Made by a program: the position numbers and the translations under genes. The notes under the pieces were generated by a model, which made no database searches, was not told where the DNA came from, and saw only the letters and a program-made list of their open reading frames with translations. A DNA stretch of 64,000 nucleotides, from contig JAADVB010000048.1 in the NCBI GenBank assembly GCA_023334545.1, positions 1-64,000 of the forward strand, in the 5' to 3' direction. The DNA comes from Salisapilia sapeloensis CBS 127946 (lineage: Eukaryota; Protista; Oomycota). Numbering within the stretch: position 1 is the first letter of the stretch; every line of letters starts with the position of its first letter. This document shows, piece after piece, positions 21,467 to 33,748 of this stretch.

Positions 21467-24400
21467 ATGACTACTTTTGGTCCATCACATACGTCCCTCC
21501 TATCTATCTCGAGCAATAGGAAGCTAATATTTTATTAATAGAAAAGGATCCAGGTATTATCGTGGTCGATGACAGCAGCGATGATAGTGACAGTACCAAG
21601 TCTATTACTATTCGTCAGGATGAAATACCCACTTCACAGCGTGCACCTCACGTCGTATCTCGTAGCGATAGACGCATGGAGAAAATACCAACGATAGATG
21701 ATTCATCCGCATCGTCGACGCCACAAAGCAGCTCAGCACTTCCAGAAGACTCACCTCCAGCTACTCCGCCCACCTTATCAACGCTACAGACGAGCTCGAT
21801 AGTTACAGCGGTCTCACATCCAAATGCATCTTCTACTGCGAACGATGTGTCTGCATCAGCTACAGCGCACTCCATGTCCCATACAAGTCGACGACAGGCG
21901 AAATTAGACGAGTCCACGGGATGGAAATCTGGACCTGAAACGCCATGGGCAGAGCAAATGAGCTACATGGAACTACAGAGTCAGCAAGAAGAGATGAGGA
22001 GACTACAGCGAAAGCATGCAGCTAAACGTAGTGGTGGTAAAAAAGCCTATGAAAGGAAGAGATTTGGTGAGACTCTATCCAAGTCCAGTGCGAAGAAGAA
22101 GAAGAGTACTGGAACCGCAAAAGCTCCAGCTCCACCACCAGCCCCCACTCCAGCTCCAGCTCCAATACCAGCTCCAGCTCCGGCTCCGGCTACTCTGCCA
22201 GTTCTTCAAATAACTCGTAATGACTATCCTCCTCCACCTGAATTTTTATCTGTGCTATCTACGGACAGTGAAAACGGAGACGAGGACGACAGGGAGGAGG
22301 AGCATTCATCGGAGACGAAGCAACCCACCATGAATCGAAACTTTGGGACGAACTCTGAGTTGTTAAAAAGCCCCCTAAACCAAGTTGCTGCTTCTCAGAG
22401 TCAAAAATCAGGGTCAGATAGTGCACCAATGAAGACACAGGATGTCGAGACAGCGGGCACCAAGGTAAATAACAACAAGAAGCAAGGCACCAAGACGCAG
22501 GATACCAAAGCTTCGAAGAGTAAGAAAAATAAAGCTGAGGACGTGGCAAAAAGTACGAAAAAGAGGTCACGCATGTCAAAAGCGGAGTCGACGCCTGTAG
22601 CGAGCAAAGAAGAGGACCTGGCTCCGGTGAAGACGACGGACAAGCTAGATTATCCTCGAAATGCCTATTCGACCGTTCTACACCCAACGTCCTGGCGCCG
22701 TCTTAGAGCAACGAATTGTCCTGTGAACGTCCTTCCACGCAGCAGTAGTGATCGACTCTTTCTGTCTTTTACTGACAAACCGTTAACAGCATACGATACG
22801 TCAGGACAGTTGGAACAAAAGTGTCGATTTTCATTAGATTTGCCACAAAGTAGTAGCGATCTTTCAAGTACATCGGACGAATCGACATCCACTACGGCCG
22901 ATGAAGTTTTGTCGCAGCGTGTACAGGACATTCTGACGTCGGAACGTCCAAAGGTAGAGGCATATAAGGAAAAGAAAGCTCTGGCAATCCTTCGAGAAGA
23001 GAGAAAGAAGACGCGAGAGTATCTGGCAGAAGTGAAAGAGTTTAAGAGCAGACCTAGTGTACCTCTGGACATACAGCATTTACCAGCTCTAAAACATGAT
23101 CTAGCGATTGCAAAACGTTTGCAGCATACACGTCGCTTGCGTCCGAAAGAAGACAAACGTATTAAATTCATGCTAGTGACTCCAGAGATGGTGCATGAAG
23201 GCAACAAAGACGACGGAGTGTTCTTACAAAGACCTATCGGTAAAAAACTCCCAAAGACAAAGACATTAAGTGCATCCACTTCGCTTATCGGGATCAAGCA
23301 TCGCGTACGAGTGGAAGATGATCCGGTCTTGCGCCATTTGCCTTACTTTGGTGACGATGATGAAGGAGATCATATTGATCTCAACAACTATGACGGTGTC
23401 GACCATGACGACGACGAAGAAGAAGGAAGTGATGGAGAAGTGAGTGAGTGTCTTGTACGTATCGTTGCCAATGCATGTGGTAGCAGCGATAATGTCATGT
23501 TAAAAGTCCGGTCGTTGGGTGTCCCAAAGGCCGACGTCGTTTACCAAGAGTGTCGAAAGCAGGCAGAGCGTCGGCATCGAAATGCACAACGCATTCAGTA
23601 CGCGAAAAAGTTAATGAAGCGCCATCCAGACTGGAAAGAAGTGCAAGCTGGAAAGAAGTTGATGGAGGCAGCAGGTCTCAAACATCTATTTCAGGATGTC
23701 CAGGTGCCACCAGTACTCATTAAAGACCGACTGGCTCCTCTTGTGACAGAGTTCGAGTCGAATATGTTGCGTTCATGTGATCGAGCCGTGCGTCGTGGAT
23801 TGCGTGTGACGGACCAGTACAAGCAGTTGCAGACAACATATCGGGATCTATTCTGTCGCATCTGCTACAAGTATGACTGTAGCGAACACGGTATCGAGCA
23901 TCCGCTACCGAAAGTACGAATGGATCCGATGAACCCGAGACTTAAGTTGGCGCTGGTGAAAAGTGAAGACGAGGAGGTTCCTAAAGAAGAGGTAGCAAAA
24001 GAAGAGACGAAAGAGCCACAAGTATCGGTGGAAGAACAGGAGAATGCATCTCGTCGACGGTCTGCTAGATCGTCCACACGTGCGAGCTCCCTAGCAACCG
24101 TACAATTTGAAAAGTATGAGAAGAAGGCGCATCCAATGCGTACGAAACCTATACGCAAGACACAGACAAAGAATGAGTATATCGATGATTCGTATGAGCC
24201 AATGACACAGAGCAAAGTAGACGTTTACAACAGCTCTGAACGTGCCTGTAGTGACAAGTGCTGGAAGATGTTTTCTTCCGATGCAGACGATTCGCACGCA
24301 TGGTCAAGTGTAGAGGTGTTGCTAGTCCAGAAACTTTCGTCTTCTAATTCTAGCGCTTGTGCGATTGCTGCGATGATGACTGGCGTTACATGTCGTGCCA

Positions 24401-25323
24401 TTCACGCTTACCTGGACAGACAACAGCTGAAAGTCTCTGCATCCAATGCGGACGAAGCACGAGACGAACGTACGTGGGGTGAATCCATCTCTCACCACAA
24501 ATCCAAGTCGAAACGAAAGCAAGCCTTGTCCGCTGCCCAGTTCGAGAAGAATATCCGCAATGCACAAGACTTTGTGCCGTGTGACCACAAAGGAGAGTGC
24601 TCTGAAGCAAACTGCGAGTGTTTCCGGAACAATCAGATGTGTGAAAAGGCTTGTGCATGCTCCCGGCACTGTGTCAATCGGTTCCCAGGATGCAAATGTA
24701 GCCCTGGTCAATGTCGCACGAACCAATGCACTTGTTTCGTGGCATTACGCGAATGCAGTCCAGATGTTTGTTTGCATTGTGGCGCGAGTGAGGCACCAGC
24801 AATTGAGTTTGACGAGAGCAGGAAGCACAAGAGTCCTTCTGAATTGGGGATTTGCCATAACATGAGTATTCAGAGAGGACGACATAAGAAGATCGGTATG
24901 GCATTCTCGACAACGCATGGATGGGGAGCGTTTGCACGGCAGAAGATAAAGAAGGGGGAGTTCATTTATGAGTACACTGGCGATTTGATATCACAAGAAG
25001 AAGCCGAGCGACGTGGCAGTATTTACGACCGGATGGAGATGAGCTTTTTGTTTGCTGCGAATGAAGACTCGGTAGTGGATGCCATGCGCAAAGGGAACAA
25101 GAGCAAGTTTATCAACCATGCCAATGCCGGTCCGAACTGCCACTGTAAGATTATACGTGTCGATGGGGAACATCGGATCGGGATTTGGGCCAAGGAGAAT
25201 ATCGATGTCGGAGAGGAAATGTACTTTAACTATGATTACAAGGGAGACTTGGCACCAAAATGGAGTCAACGACGAGGTGATCGGAAGAAGAATAGCAGTT
25301 CCGCAGGCAATGGTGGCAAGTAG
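21467..25323 (+). CDS. EZH: Enhancer of zeste-like H3K27 methyltransferase (SAL, MCSS, SANT, CXC, SET)
   Basis: LRHLPYFGDD (SAL-like), FCRICYKYDCSEH (MCSS), CXC cysteine cluster, and SET motifs HGWG, YEYTGDLIS, FINH, EEMYFNY. A short first exon (ATG 21467, MTTF|EKDPG) is tentative. Confidence 0.92.
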
Positions 25324-25624
25324 ACAAGGTGTTGGATATATCAAGTGGATCTCAATACAGGCGGAAGCTTCAATGCCGCATGCATTCATCGGTCTCTCGC
25401 TGATACTTCTTCGGGACGTGTTATCAGTATGACTGTAACAAACTATTGGTTTTTCCCTCTGCAACCCGACGGTGGGCATATGTATTTTGGACACGTGGGC
25501 GAATCAGACGCATTTTTCACCAATCCAACTGCGCATACCACTTTTCAACCAATCAAATAACAGGTATCTAAACCCCAGTCACACGTACGCATTCAATTTT
25601 CGGACCGCAATCCTCTGGACGCGG

Positions 25625-26629
25625 ATGGCAGCTACAGCGGAAGCAGCACAAAGTGCTGCGTTAACGCAAAAGATATCAGCTTCAGCTCAAGCCAGTGCCG
25701 ATGCAAGTGCGTCTTCACGCAAGTCGAAGAAATTGGCAGCAGGCGCAGCATCCGGCATCCTCTCTGCGCTCGTCTTTCAGCCTCTCGATGTGCTGCGTAC
25801 GAAGCAGCAGGGAGCCTTTGGCTTTGAAGAAAAAGGTCCATCGACATTGCAGTCGCTAGAAAAGGTTCGCCATTGGAACATGGACAACTTGCGGTCCATG
25901 TGGCGAGGTACTTCGCCCACACTTGTGCGTGTGGCTGGAGGTGCCGGCCTCTACTTTGCATCGCTCGACCACTTCCTAAACGTCCTTCCTCCGTCTGCAG
26001 TCGCGACGTTTGCGGCTGGAGGTTTTGCACGTACGTTTGCCAGTTGCGTCGTGTCGCCAGTGACTATCATCAAGGCTCGTATCGAATGGCAGTCGTCTCA
26101 AGGCATGCCGACGTCGCTATCCCAACTGCCCTTGGGTGGCAACAAACTTTTCAATAAGGCTGCGCAACGTAGTAAAAGCATCGGTGTCTTGCAACAGATC
26201 CTTCATTCCGAAGGTGTCAAAGGCTTGTACCGTGGTATCGTCCCGACGCTCGTGCGAGACGTCCCGTTCTCCGGTCTCTACGTCCTCCTGTACACTCGTC
26301 TGAAGGAAATAGCGTCCGAAAAGTTCCCCGACATGCATGCTACTGGCATGCAATTCTCCAGTGGCGTAATCGCTGGTGTCTTTGCCACTTCCCTCGTCCA
26401 TCCAGCAGACGTCGTCAAGACGCGAATGCAACTGAGCATGGTCCAGCGCGGAGCTCATGGCGATATGCGCGTGGTCTCCAACTCGTTGTCGCTGCAAGAG
26501 ACGATCAGCAAGATTTTGTCCGAGGAAGGTATGAAAGGCTTTGCACGCGGCATCGTGCCACGTGTCATTAAGCGTACGCTGTCCACTGCGCTCGCGTGGA
26601 CCATCTACGAAAGGCTTTCCGTACGGTAG
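25625..26629 (+). CDS. SLC25A38: Mitochondrial carrier, most similar to glycine carrier SLC25A38/Hem25
   Basis: Three PxDxxK-type signatures (QPLDVLRT, SPVTIIKA, HPADVVKT), plus WRGTSPTLVRVAGGAGLYF and RDVPFSGLY. Confidence 0.8.
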   Translation: MAATAEAAQSAALTQKISASAQASADASASSRKSKKLAAGAASGILSALVFQPLDVLRTKQQGAFGFEEKGPSTLQSLEKVRHWNMDNLRSMWRGTSPTLVRVAGGAGLYFASLDHFLNVLPPSAVATFAAGGFARTFASCVVSPVTIIKARIEWQSSQGMPTSLSQLPLGGNKLFNKAAQRSKSIGVLQQILHSEGVKGLYRGIVPTLVRDVPFSGLYVLLYTRLKEIASEKFPDMHATGMQFSSGVIAGVFATSLVHPADVVKTRMQLSMVQRGAHGDMRVVSNSLSLQETISKILSEEGMKGFARGIVPRVIKRTLSTALAWTIYERLSVR

Positions 26630-26689
26630 ACACTTAGACTTTTTGACTGCAAAACGTAAATTGATATTAGTTGCAAAAAACAAGTTGGT

Positions 26690-29023
26690 TTATCTAGAAA
26701 TGATCGGCGTAAAGGCAGCAAACGGCTCGGCACTCGGTTCATCAGAGCTCCTTCGTGGAAGACCACTTGATCCGCCGTTCAAGTCTCCATTCTTCGGCTC
26801 ATCATCGTCGTCCCACGAGTGATGACCATTCACCTTGGACTGACCATTCATCTTGCTCGCCATCTCCGCCACATACGTCTGCTCCTGCACTTGTGTCTCG
26901 GCCATCTCTTCCTCTGCCTGAAGTGAGTTTAGACGGTATCTTTGCTCACGTTCCATCTGTGCCTCCATCGCTATCGACGACACGTCCTCTCGCATCGTGT
27001 CTTCATTATACTCACGCAGACTACATGCTGCTTCATCGAACTGAAGCGGAATGGACCCGAGAGATCCGTCGAAACGGTTCTTACGCACATCCAGCTTGCT
27101 ATCTCCACGCGTACGTTGCAAGATAAGTACGTTGTCTGCCTCTTGCGTCGCCTTGGCAGTTCCAAACACCGAGCTGAGCGTCAGTTCCTGGTCCTCCTGT
27201 TCCTTTCGTGGATGGATCACAAGCGTCACGTGGACATTCTTCTGACTCGCAAACTTCCGGAACTTGTCCAGTGCTGCGTCCTGTCGTTCAAACTTGTCGT
27301 ACCCTCTGCCTTGTCCTGACATCATGAATTGAACGTTGTCGAGTAAAATATGCTGCACGTCGTATGCATAGACAGCGTACTCCATCGCATCTAGCACTTC
27401 ATCCACGTCAGAGCTACCAAAGAAGCGCAAAAAGTACATCGGTAGCGTTTCAAAGGCATCCGCTGCACGATCAAACGCCTCCATGTCTCCAGCTAAACTC
27501 TTTCCAGCGAGCTGCGTCAGCATTTTGTGCAGTAACCTCGTGTTCTTGATCTCGAACGACCCCCACAACGTATTCACACCCTGTTCACAGAGGTCCATCG
27601 AGAGTTGACTGAGCAGTGTCGTCTTACCACATCCGGTAGGACCTGTGAGCACTGTCATCTCGCCCATCCGATGTCCTTTTAGCAGTCTATTTAGCCCAGG
27701 CAACGTCCTCGACTGGACGCCACACGCCCGAATCGGGTTCAGCACTTCTTCATACACTTCGTTCCGTAGCTGTTCAAACGTAGCGATTTGGCTATGTGGT
27801 ATACGTTCTGCCTTGTGGATCAGATGAGTCAGGTCCATGCCTGCTCGTAGAGCGTCGTTTGCATCCTTCACAGCCTTCCCTTCATGCAATTGGGACATGT
27901 GGACGATGTAGCATCGACTCATGCCGAGTTTGTGCGCAAACTTCTCTACACTTGCCTGTCCATTCATGTCGTTATCTACCCAGAGGTAGATTTTAGAGAA
28001 GCGCTCAAGAAGCGGCAGGACGGCAGGTGGAAGCGACTGACATCCGTTCGGGAGAGAGACGGCAGGAAGACCTGTGGCTTGGTTCACACTCATGGCGTCG
28101 AACTCTCCTTCGGTCAAGACAATTTCATCTGCGGAGGACGGTACAGTGTGCCATCCAAAGAGTCCCCAACTACCTCCTTTCGGAATGAGACGTTGGTGCG
28201 TCTTGTTTTCTACGCCACGGAGTTTGAGACGAACGACGTTGAAGAGGTTCTGGTCACTGGAGGATGGAGTAGTCTCCGACTGATTCACCATGACTCCCAT
28301 GGCGTCTAGATCGGACTGACGAGCCATCCAGGGAAAAGAGAGGCATTGGACATTCTCCATCGAATCCGAATCATTTCGGAATGGCTGCTCGAGAGCACCG
28401 ACGCCGTATTTGCGTAGCGTCTGTTGATTGATAGCTCTCGTCTGGGTCACGTATTCAAGAGCAGGCGAGAACTCTGGATCATCCATCAAGTTCTGCTGGA
28501 TGCTCATGGCCTTTTGGTTATCGAGCGCTTCGATCACCTTGACAGGTTCTTCCCGGCCGGTGCCGTGCATGATATGGTCTCCAGAGCTCACGGACACGTT
28601 GTCCTGCAGCTTACGCTTAAAGTCAAACCAGCTTCCAGACGCTCCGCAGCGATGACACTTGTACATACCTTTCGACTTGTGCACGTACAGCTTGAACAGG
28701 TTATCGATCTTGCCTCTCGTGGCATGACAAAACGGACAGTCTCGAATGACAAAGTGTGTGTCTCCTTCCTTGGATACTAGCTGCTTCCGCTGCAAGAACG
28801 AGCTGATCTCGGAAGAACTGACAGAGTCATTATAGCTCGATACGAATGTGCCATTCATGGCAGATGAAGCCCCGCCATGCGAGTATGAAGCTAGCATTCG
28901 TATGATACTTGGGCTCCATTTCTTGGACTGCAGCTGGAAAGATTCATTGACAATACACTGTCTTGTAGCTGCAATGCTTCTGCGTCTACTTGCCGCCGTC
29001 GCAGAGAGCAGAACGCGCCGCAT
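26690..29023 (-). CDS. TWNK: Twinkle-like mitochondrial primase-helicase
   Basis: Arg-rich presequence, CPFC/CHRC zinc finger, TOPRIM EGEFDA and DND, Walker A GPTGCGKTT, and SF4 motifs LLDNVQF, VIHPRK, KATQEADNV, KNRFDG. Confidence 0.93.
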   Translation of the reverse strand: MRRVLLSATAASRRRSIAATRQCIVNESFQLQSKKWSPSIIRMLASYSHGGASSAMNGTFVSSYNDSVSSSEISSFLQRKQLVSKEGDTHFVIRDCPFCHATRGKIDNLFKLYVHKSKGMYKCHRCGASGSWFDFKRKLQDNVSVSSGDHIMHGTGREEPVKVIEALDNQKAMSIQQNLMDDPEFSPALEYVTQTRAINQQTLRKYGVGALEQPFRNDSDSMENVQCLSFPWMARQSDLDAMGVMVNQSETTPSSSDQNLFNVVRLKLRGVENKTHQRLIPKGGSWGLFGWHTVPSSADEIVLTEGEFDAMSVNQATGLPAVSLPNGCQSLPPAVLPLLERFSKIYLWVDNDMNGQASVEKFAHKLGMSRCYIVHMSQLHEGKAVKDANDALRAGMDLTHLIHKAERIPHSQIATFEQLRNEVYEEVLNPIRACGVQSRTLPGLNRLLKGHRMGEMTVLTGPTGCGKTTLLSQLSMDLCEQGVNTLWGSFEIKNTRLLHKMLTQLAGKSLAGDMEAFDRAADAFETLPMYFLRFFGSSDVDEVLDAMEYAVYAYDVQHILLDNVQFMMSGQGRGYDKFERQDAALDKFRKFASQKNVHVTLVIHPRKEQEDQELTLSSVFGTAKATQEADNVLILQRTRGDSKLDVRKNRFDGSLGSIPLQFDEAACSLREYNEDTMREDVSSIAMEAQMEREQRYRLNSLQAEEEMAETQVQEQTYVAEMASKMNGQSKVNGHHSWDDDDEPKNGDLNGGSSGLPRRSSDEPSAEPFAAFTPIISR

Positions 29024-29069
29024 CCTATCGATAGCTTTTGGCTGTAAAAGCTCTTTTTATTATCCATTC

Positions 29070-29160
29070 TCTCCCTTATTGGTTGATTTATATACTTCTG
29101 TGATTGGATTGGTGGAAAATCTGTTGGTAGACACTAACTTGGACTTTGATCATTGGCAGC
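29070..29160. promoter_or_regulatory. Putative bidirectional promoter with multiple CCAAT boxes (Twinkle/DDX24)
   Basis: Four ATTGG copies (~29078, 29103, 29108, 29152) in a 137-bp gap between divergent ATGs. Confidence 0.5.
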
Positions 29161-31457
29161 ATGGGTGGGAAGCGAAAGCAGCGGCATGACGAGGAAGAGA
29201 CTTTCTTAAGCCAAGATGGATGGGCCAAAGTGGACTTGGAAGACATGCAGATTGAAGGTTTTGATGATGGCTCGGTGTTGGAATTGGAAGAGCTTACAGG
29301 TACTGTTTATAGGAATATGCTGTCTGCGTCGTGTGTTAACATGCAAGTACTCCAATAGACTACACGCTTGAGACTGGTGCGGATGGTAGCAAGACATTCG
29401 TGAGTCACCAGAAACCTACTAAACAGCCACTACCTGCTGCTACTTCTGAGACAAAGGAACCGAGCAAGAAGAAGAAGAAAAAGAATGACAACAATGCTTC
29501 CAAGGCCAAGAGTGACGCCAATGTAGCCAAGTCCAAGACCAAGAACGGGAAACCTGCTCCAGGAGAACCGATTGTAAACCCTCCTTTATCTGAAGTTAAG
29601 CTATCCAAGTGGGATGCATTCAAACTGCACAATACGCTACGCCAATCGCTCTATCGCTGCCAGTTTGTATCGCCCACTCCAATCCAGGAGCAAACGATCC
29701 AACCAGCGTTGCTAGACAATAGGGACATTGTCGGTGCAGCTCCTACAGGTTCCGGTAAGACCCTCGCTTTCGGTCTTCCGATCCTCCACCGTCTATTAGA
29801 AGAACGAGAATCGCAAGGAGAAAGCTACACGAGAGAATGCAAAGCGCTCATTCTAACGCCAACAAGAGAACTCGCACTACAGATCCAAAAGCATATGGAG
29901 AGTATGGTACCTGGGAAGGAAATTGGTATCGTCGCCATTGTTGGAGGTATTGCTCTGCCAAAACAGAAGCGACTGCTGAGCTACCGTCCAGAAGTAGTGA
30001 TCGGAACGCCTGGTCGACTCTGGTCTCAGCTTGAAGACACGGACATTACTCATTTACAAGGTATTGGAGACACGCTCCGCTTCCTCGTAGTCGACGAAGC
30101 CGATCGGATGCTTCAGACAGGCTCTTTCCCAGAGGTCCAGAAGATCTTTGACATAGTCAAGAAGAGAGGCAACCGAGCTCTAGCTCCTGATCCGATCAAT
30201 CTCTCGGACAATGAAGAGGAGGAAGAAGAATCCGAGGATGAAGAAGCTATGGGAGGTGAAGTGCAAGTGCCTATGCTCAGTGACGTGATGAAAGAAGAGG
30301 AAGATGAGGAAGATGAGGAAGAGAGTGAAGAGGAAGAAGAGGAAGAAGAGGAAGAAGAGGTGGAACAAGTCGCTCCAACACCTCGTGTGATCCGTCAGAC
30401 GTTCCTCTTCTCCGCCACATTGACTATTCCTGAAAGTGGTCGCTTCCAAGGGAAGAAGAAGAAGCAACGCAATGCCTTGACAGTCTTGGAAAGTGTCATG
30501 AAAAAGGTGGGACTACGTGGTAAGCCTGCTGTCGTGGACCTCAGTGCAGCTGAAGGCACGAAAGCAGTCAAAAAGGACCCATCGCTTTCTTTGCCTGAAG
30601 GTCTAGAGCTATGTGAGCATGAAGTCACGAACGACAGTCGAGATGCGTATCTGTACTACTTCTTAAGCCAGTATCCTGGTCGTACTATTGTCTTTCTCAA
30701 CGCTATCCAGCAAGTTCGGAAGCTCGCGTCTTTGCTGCAGCTACTAGATCTCCCGGTCTTGGCTCTTCATGCCGAGATGCAGCAACGACAGCGGTTGAAA
30801 AAATTGGACCAGTTCCGGAGTCAAAAGAACGGTATTCTCATCGCCACAGACGTTGCAGCTCGAGGTCTCGATGTCCCAAGCGTAGACTATGTTGTCCACT
30901 ACCACATTGCGCGGTCAGCAGAGGTTTTTGTGCATCGCAGTGGACGTACAGCCCGTGCCGGCACGGACGGACTGAGTCTCTCCCTGGTGTCTCCTGTCGA
31001 TAGCAAGTACCATACACAGATCTGCCGCATGCTCCAGCGTCCGACAGGTCTGTCGGAATTCCCATTTGACCATCGGTACATGCCTATGTTGGAAGAACGT
31101 TTGCGTGTAGCCAAGAAGATCAATGAAAGCGACAATGCCGAGAACAAGACGAAATCAGAGGAGAATTGGTTGCTACAAATGGCTGAAGCAGCGGACTTGG
31201 AGCTAGACGAGAGCACTCAAAAGGCTTTGAATGCGAAAAAGGCGAATGGGAAGAAACCAGTCGGATCTCATCGTCATGAGCTGAAGCAATTGCTCAGCCA
31301 ACCGCTTCGACCGGTTGGGTCGACGAGGAAATTTCGTCCGATTCATGAAGAGATAGGTAAGAATTTGGGGAAGGATGGGGAGTATCGGAAGCGAGATGCA
31401 GGGGAAGATTTGTCTAGTAAGGGTAAACGATCGTACAAGCGTTTCCGCCGAAGATAA
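29161..31457 (+). CDS. DDX24: DEAD-box RNA helicase DDX24/Mak5; 1 intron
   Basis: N-terminal 'WAKVDLED...GSVLELEEL', PTPIQ, GSGKT, DEAD, SAT, TDVAARGLD, HRSGRTAR. Intron at ~29300-29359. Confidence 0.9.
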
Positions 31458-31619
31458 ATAGAATCGATTTTTTTTCCATTTACATTTTAGTCTGTGCATA
31501 TTGAGCATGAAAAATTCACTCCGTTGGAAGGTTGGACGTTGTTGCCTTCTAGAAGTTGGTGGCTGTCCCAAGTGGAGTGGCACATGTCTATGTGCCCTTA
31601 TTCCTACAAATAAAGCGAA

Positions 31620-32126
31620 ATGGGAAGCAGAGAGCAGGTGTTAATGGAGTCTCACGCGAACGCAAGTGGGCCGACGGGCGACGAGGACGAGGAGAATAAA
31701 ATATACTACGGCTTTGGCGTCTTCATGGGACTGCCGCTTGCGGACTTGAAAGTCATGCGGGATAACTATCTACGAGAACACGCTGCCCACTTGATCACGC
31801 CGGAGAGCAATGACGGCGCGAACGAGATGGGGGACTACGACCAAGATGACACCAATCAGCTAACTTCTAGTAGCACGTATCAGACATCGTATCCGAGGCT
31901 GCAAGAAAATGGCGAGCGCGAAGCGAATGCATCCACCCCAACTACACAATACACGAGCGACACAAGTCGAGGTGCGTCCTCGGTGCTAGGGAGGAGAAGG
32001 CGTGACGAAGACACGGTCCAAGGCCGTTACTCTACAGCGCAACGCCAGCGGGACGACCATAGTGACGGTACTGACGAAAGCGACGGTTCTGGCAATTCCC
32101 ACTCGATCCATTTCATCTTGCACTAA
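31620..32126 (+). CDS. Hypothetical 168-aa mostly disordered protein ending in SIHFILH
   Basis: Clean ATG-to-stop ORF with coding-like composition. No family recognised. Confidence 0.6.
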   Translation: MGSREQVLMESHANASGPTGDEDEENKIYYGFGVFMGLPLADLKVMRDNYLREHAAHLITPESNDGANEMGDYDQDDTNQLTSSSTYQTSYPRLQENGEREANASTPTTQYTSDTSRGASSVLGRRRRDEDTVQGRYSTAQRQRDDHSDGTDESDGSGNSHSIHFILH

Positions 32127-33748
32127 ATCGCAGTGGGTCGTAGAGAGCATAAGTTAAGAGTCAAGCATGGAGGAAACAGACGGCTAATGGCGGTTGCGTA
32201 CTTGCATACCGAATATATTCTTGCGTCTTTGCGTTGCAAATTGTACTTTTTGCGGTCGTCACCCGTCGAGTGCCGATAGGAACCGAGTGGACGGCAGACA
32301 GTTCTCGGCGGAGGAGGTACTTGAACGGTAGGAAAAGGGCGTAGCTTCACATCGACTGTGAAGGATGAACAGAGCCGACTCTCGAGGTACGCAATTGAGA
32401 TCACAATCAACGAGGAGATTCTCTAAATCACATCAGATAAAAGAGCACATGTACATATCGCATTATTGCTCTACGAGATGCTCTTCCATCGGCGCTTCTT
32501 TCTTCCGTCGTAAGCATTATTCCTCCCACTCGACTCGTCGATCAAATTGGTAATGAGAAAGGTTAGTGTCACAAGTAGAAGTTGCGAGTTTACCATAAGA
32601 TTGACAGGTACGAGGGAAACAAGGATGTAGTCGAGAAGACAGCAAAGACGGGAATTACACGACATGCTGCTTTTAGGATGCAAGCAGGAAATTCGTGCGT
32701 GGAGACGAAAAAGCGTAACATCACGAGCACGAATTGTCGACAGAAGCGTCAAGGTATCGGTAATCAATTCCAAAAGTGGATCATTTCAATTTCTATTTTA
32801 TAATAGAGTCTTCCCTCGCAAAGATGAACTCCTAATAAATAATATGACGCAACGAATGATCAAAATCGGCCAATTTGAAGTCCATCGTTTTTAAATAGAT
32901 TTTCTAATTCGAGGTAAAAACAATCAAAACTACCTAACATAATAATTGATCTGCAAAAAGTGCAAATTTGATCGATTTAACCACTGTCTTCATAATAAAA
33001 TCCGTCTATCCTAGTAATTTATTGTTTGATGGTCTTCTATACGGGTGTACTATAAGATTTGCCATCATAAATGTTTTTCCATGTTCCCCATGGAAGAAAT
33101 CTTGGCTTAAATCTCCACACGATAATCTATCGATCGTTAATTTCTATTGGTCAATATTACGACAGTCTCACAATATAGACCTGGCCGTTACTATTGCACT
33201 ACCTTCAAGCATAATAAATTTTCAAACATGATAATTCATTGTATAACGCTTCTTCACGATGATAATCATTTGTGGGAGTTCTGGCTGTATCATCGTATCT
33301 GAAGTAGTATCTGTAGCCAAGTACAGTACGAATTGCCGGGTACATCGCTTCGGCGGATATATTTCGTCTGGAACTACCTTCTGACCCATCATATTGACTC
33401 CTACGTCACATACGGTCTACATGGCGCACACGTACAACTCAACAATCAGCATTTCGATATTGACTGCCAGTGCCAGGTATGATAAGGATGTCAAGCAGTA
33501 TGGACTGCGAATGCACGGGTCTGACTGTGCACGAGATCCCTCGCGGCTGTTGCAAATCGTTTATGACCATCAAATCTAAACAAAGTGTCGACTAGCAAGG
33601 ATGATGCAACAGACGATACATACGAATGGAGATGCCAAAGGTAGCAGCCTCCATCTTTTATCGTCCCTCGAAGCAATTAGCAACGGGACGCTATCATCGT
33701 CGCCGCAGCCTTTCAATTTGCTTCATCATTTCTAAAAACGCAGCGAGG

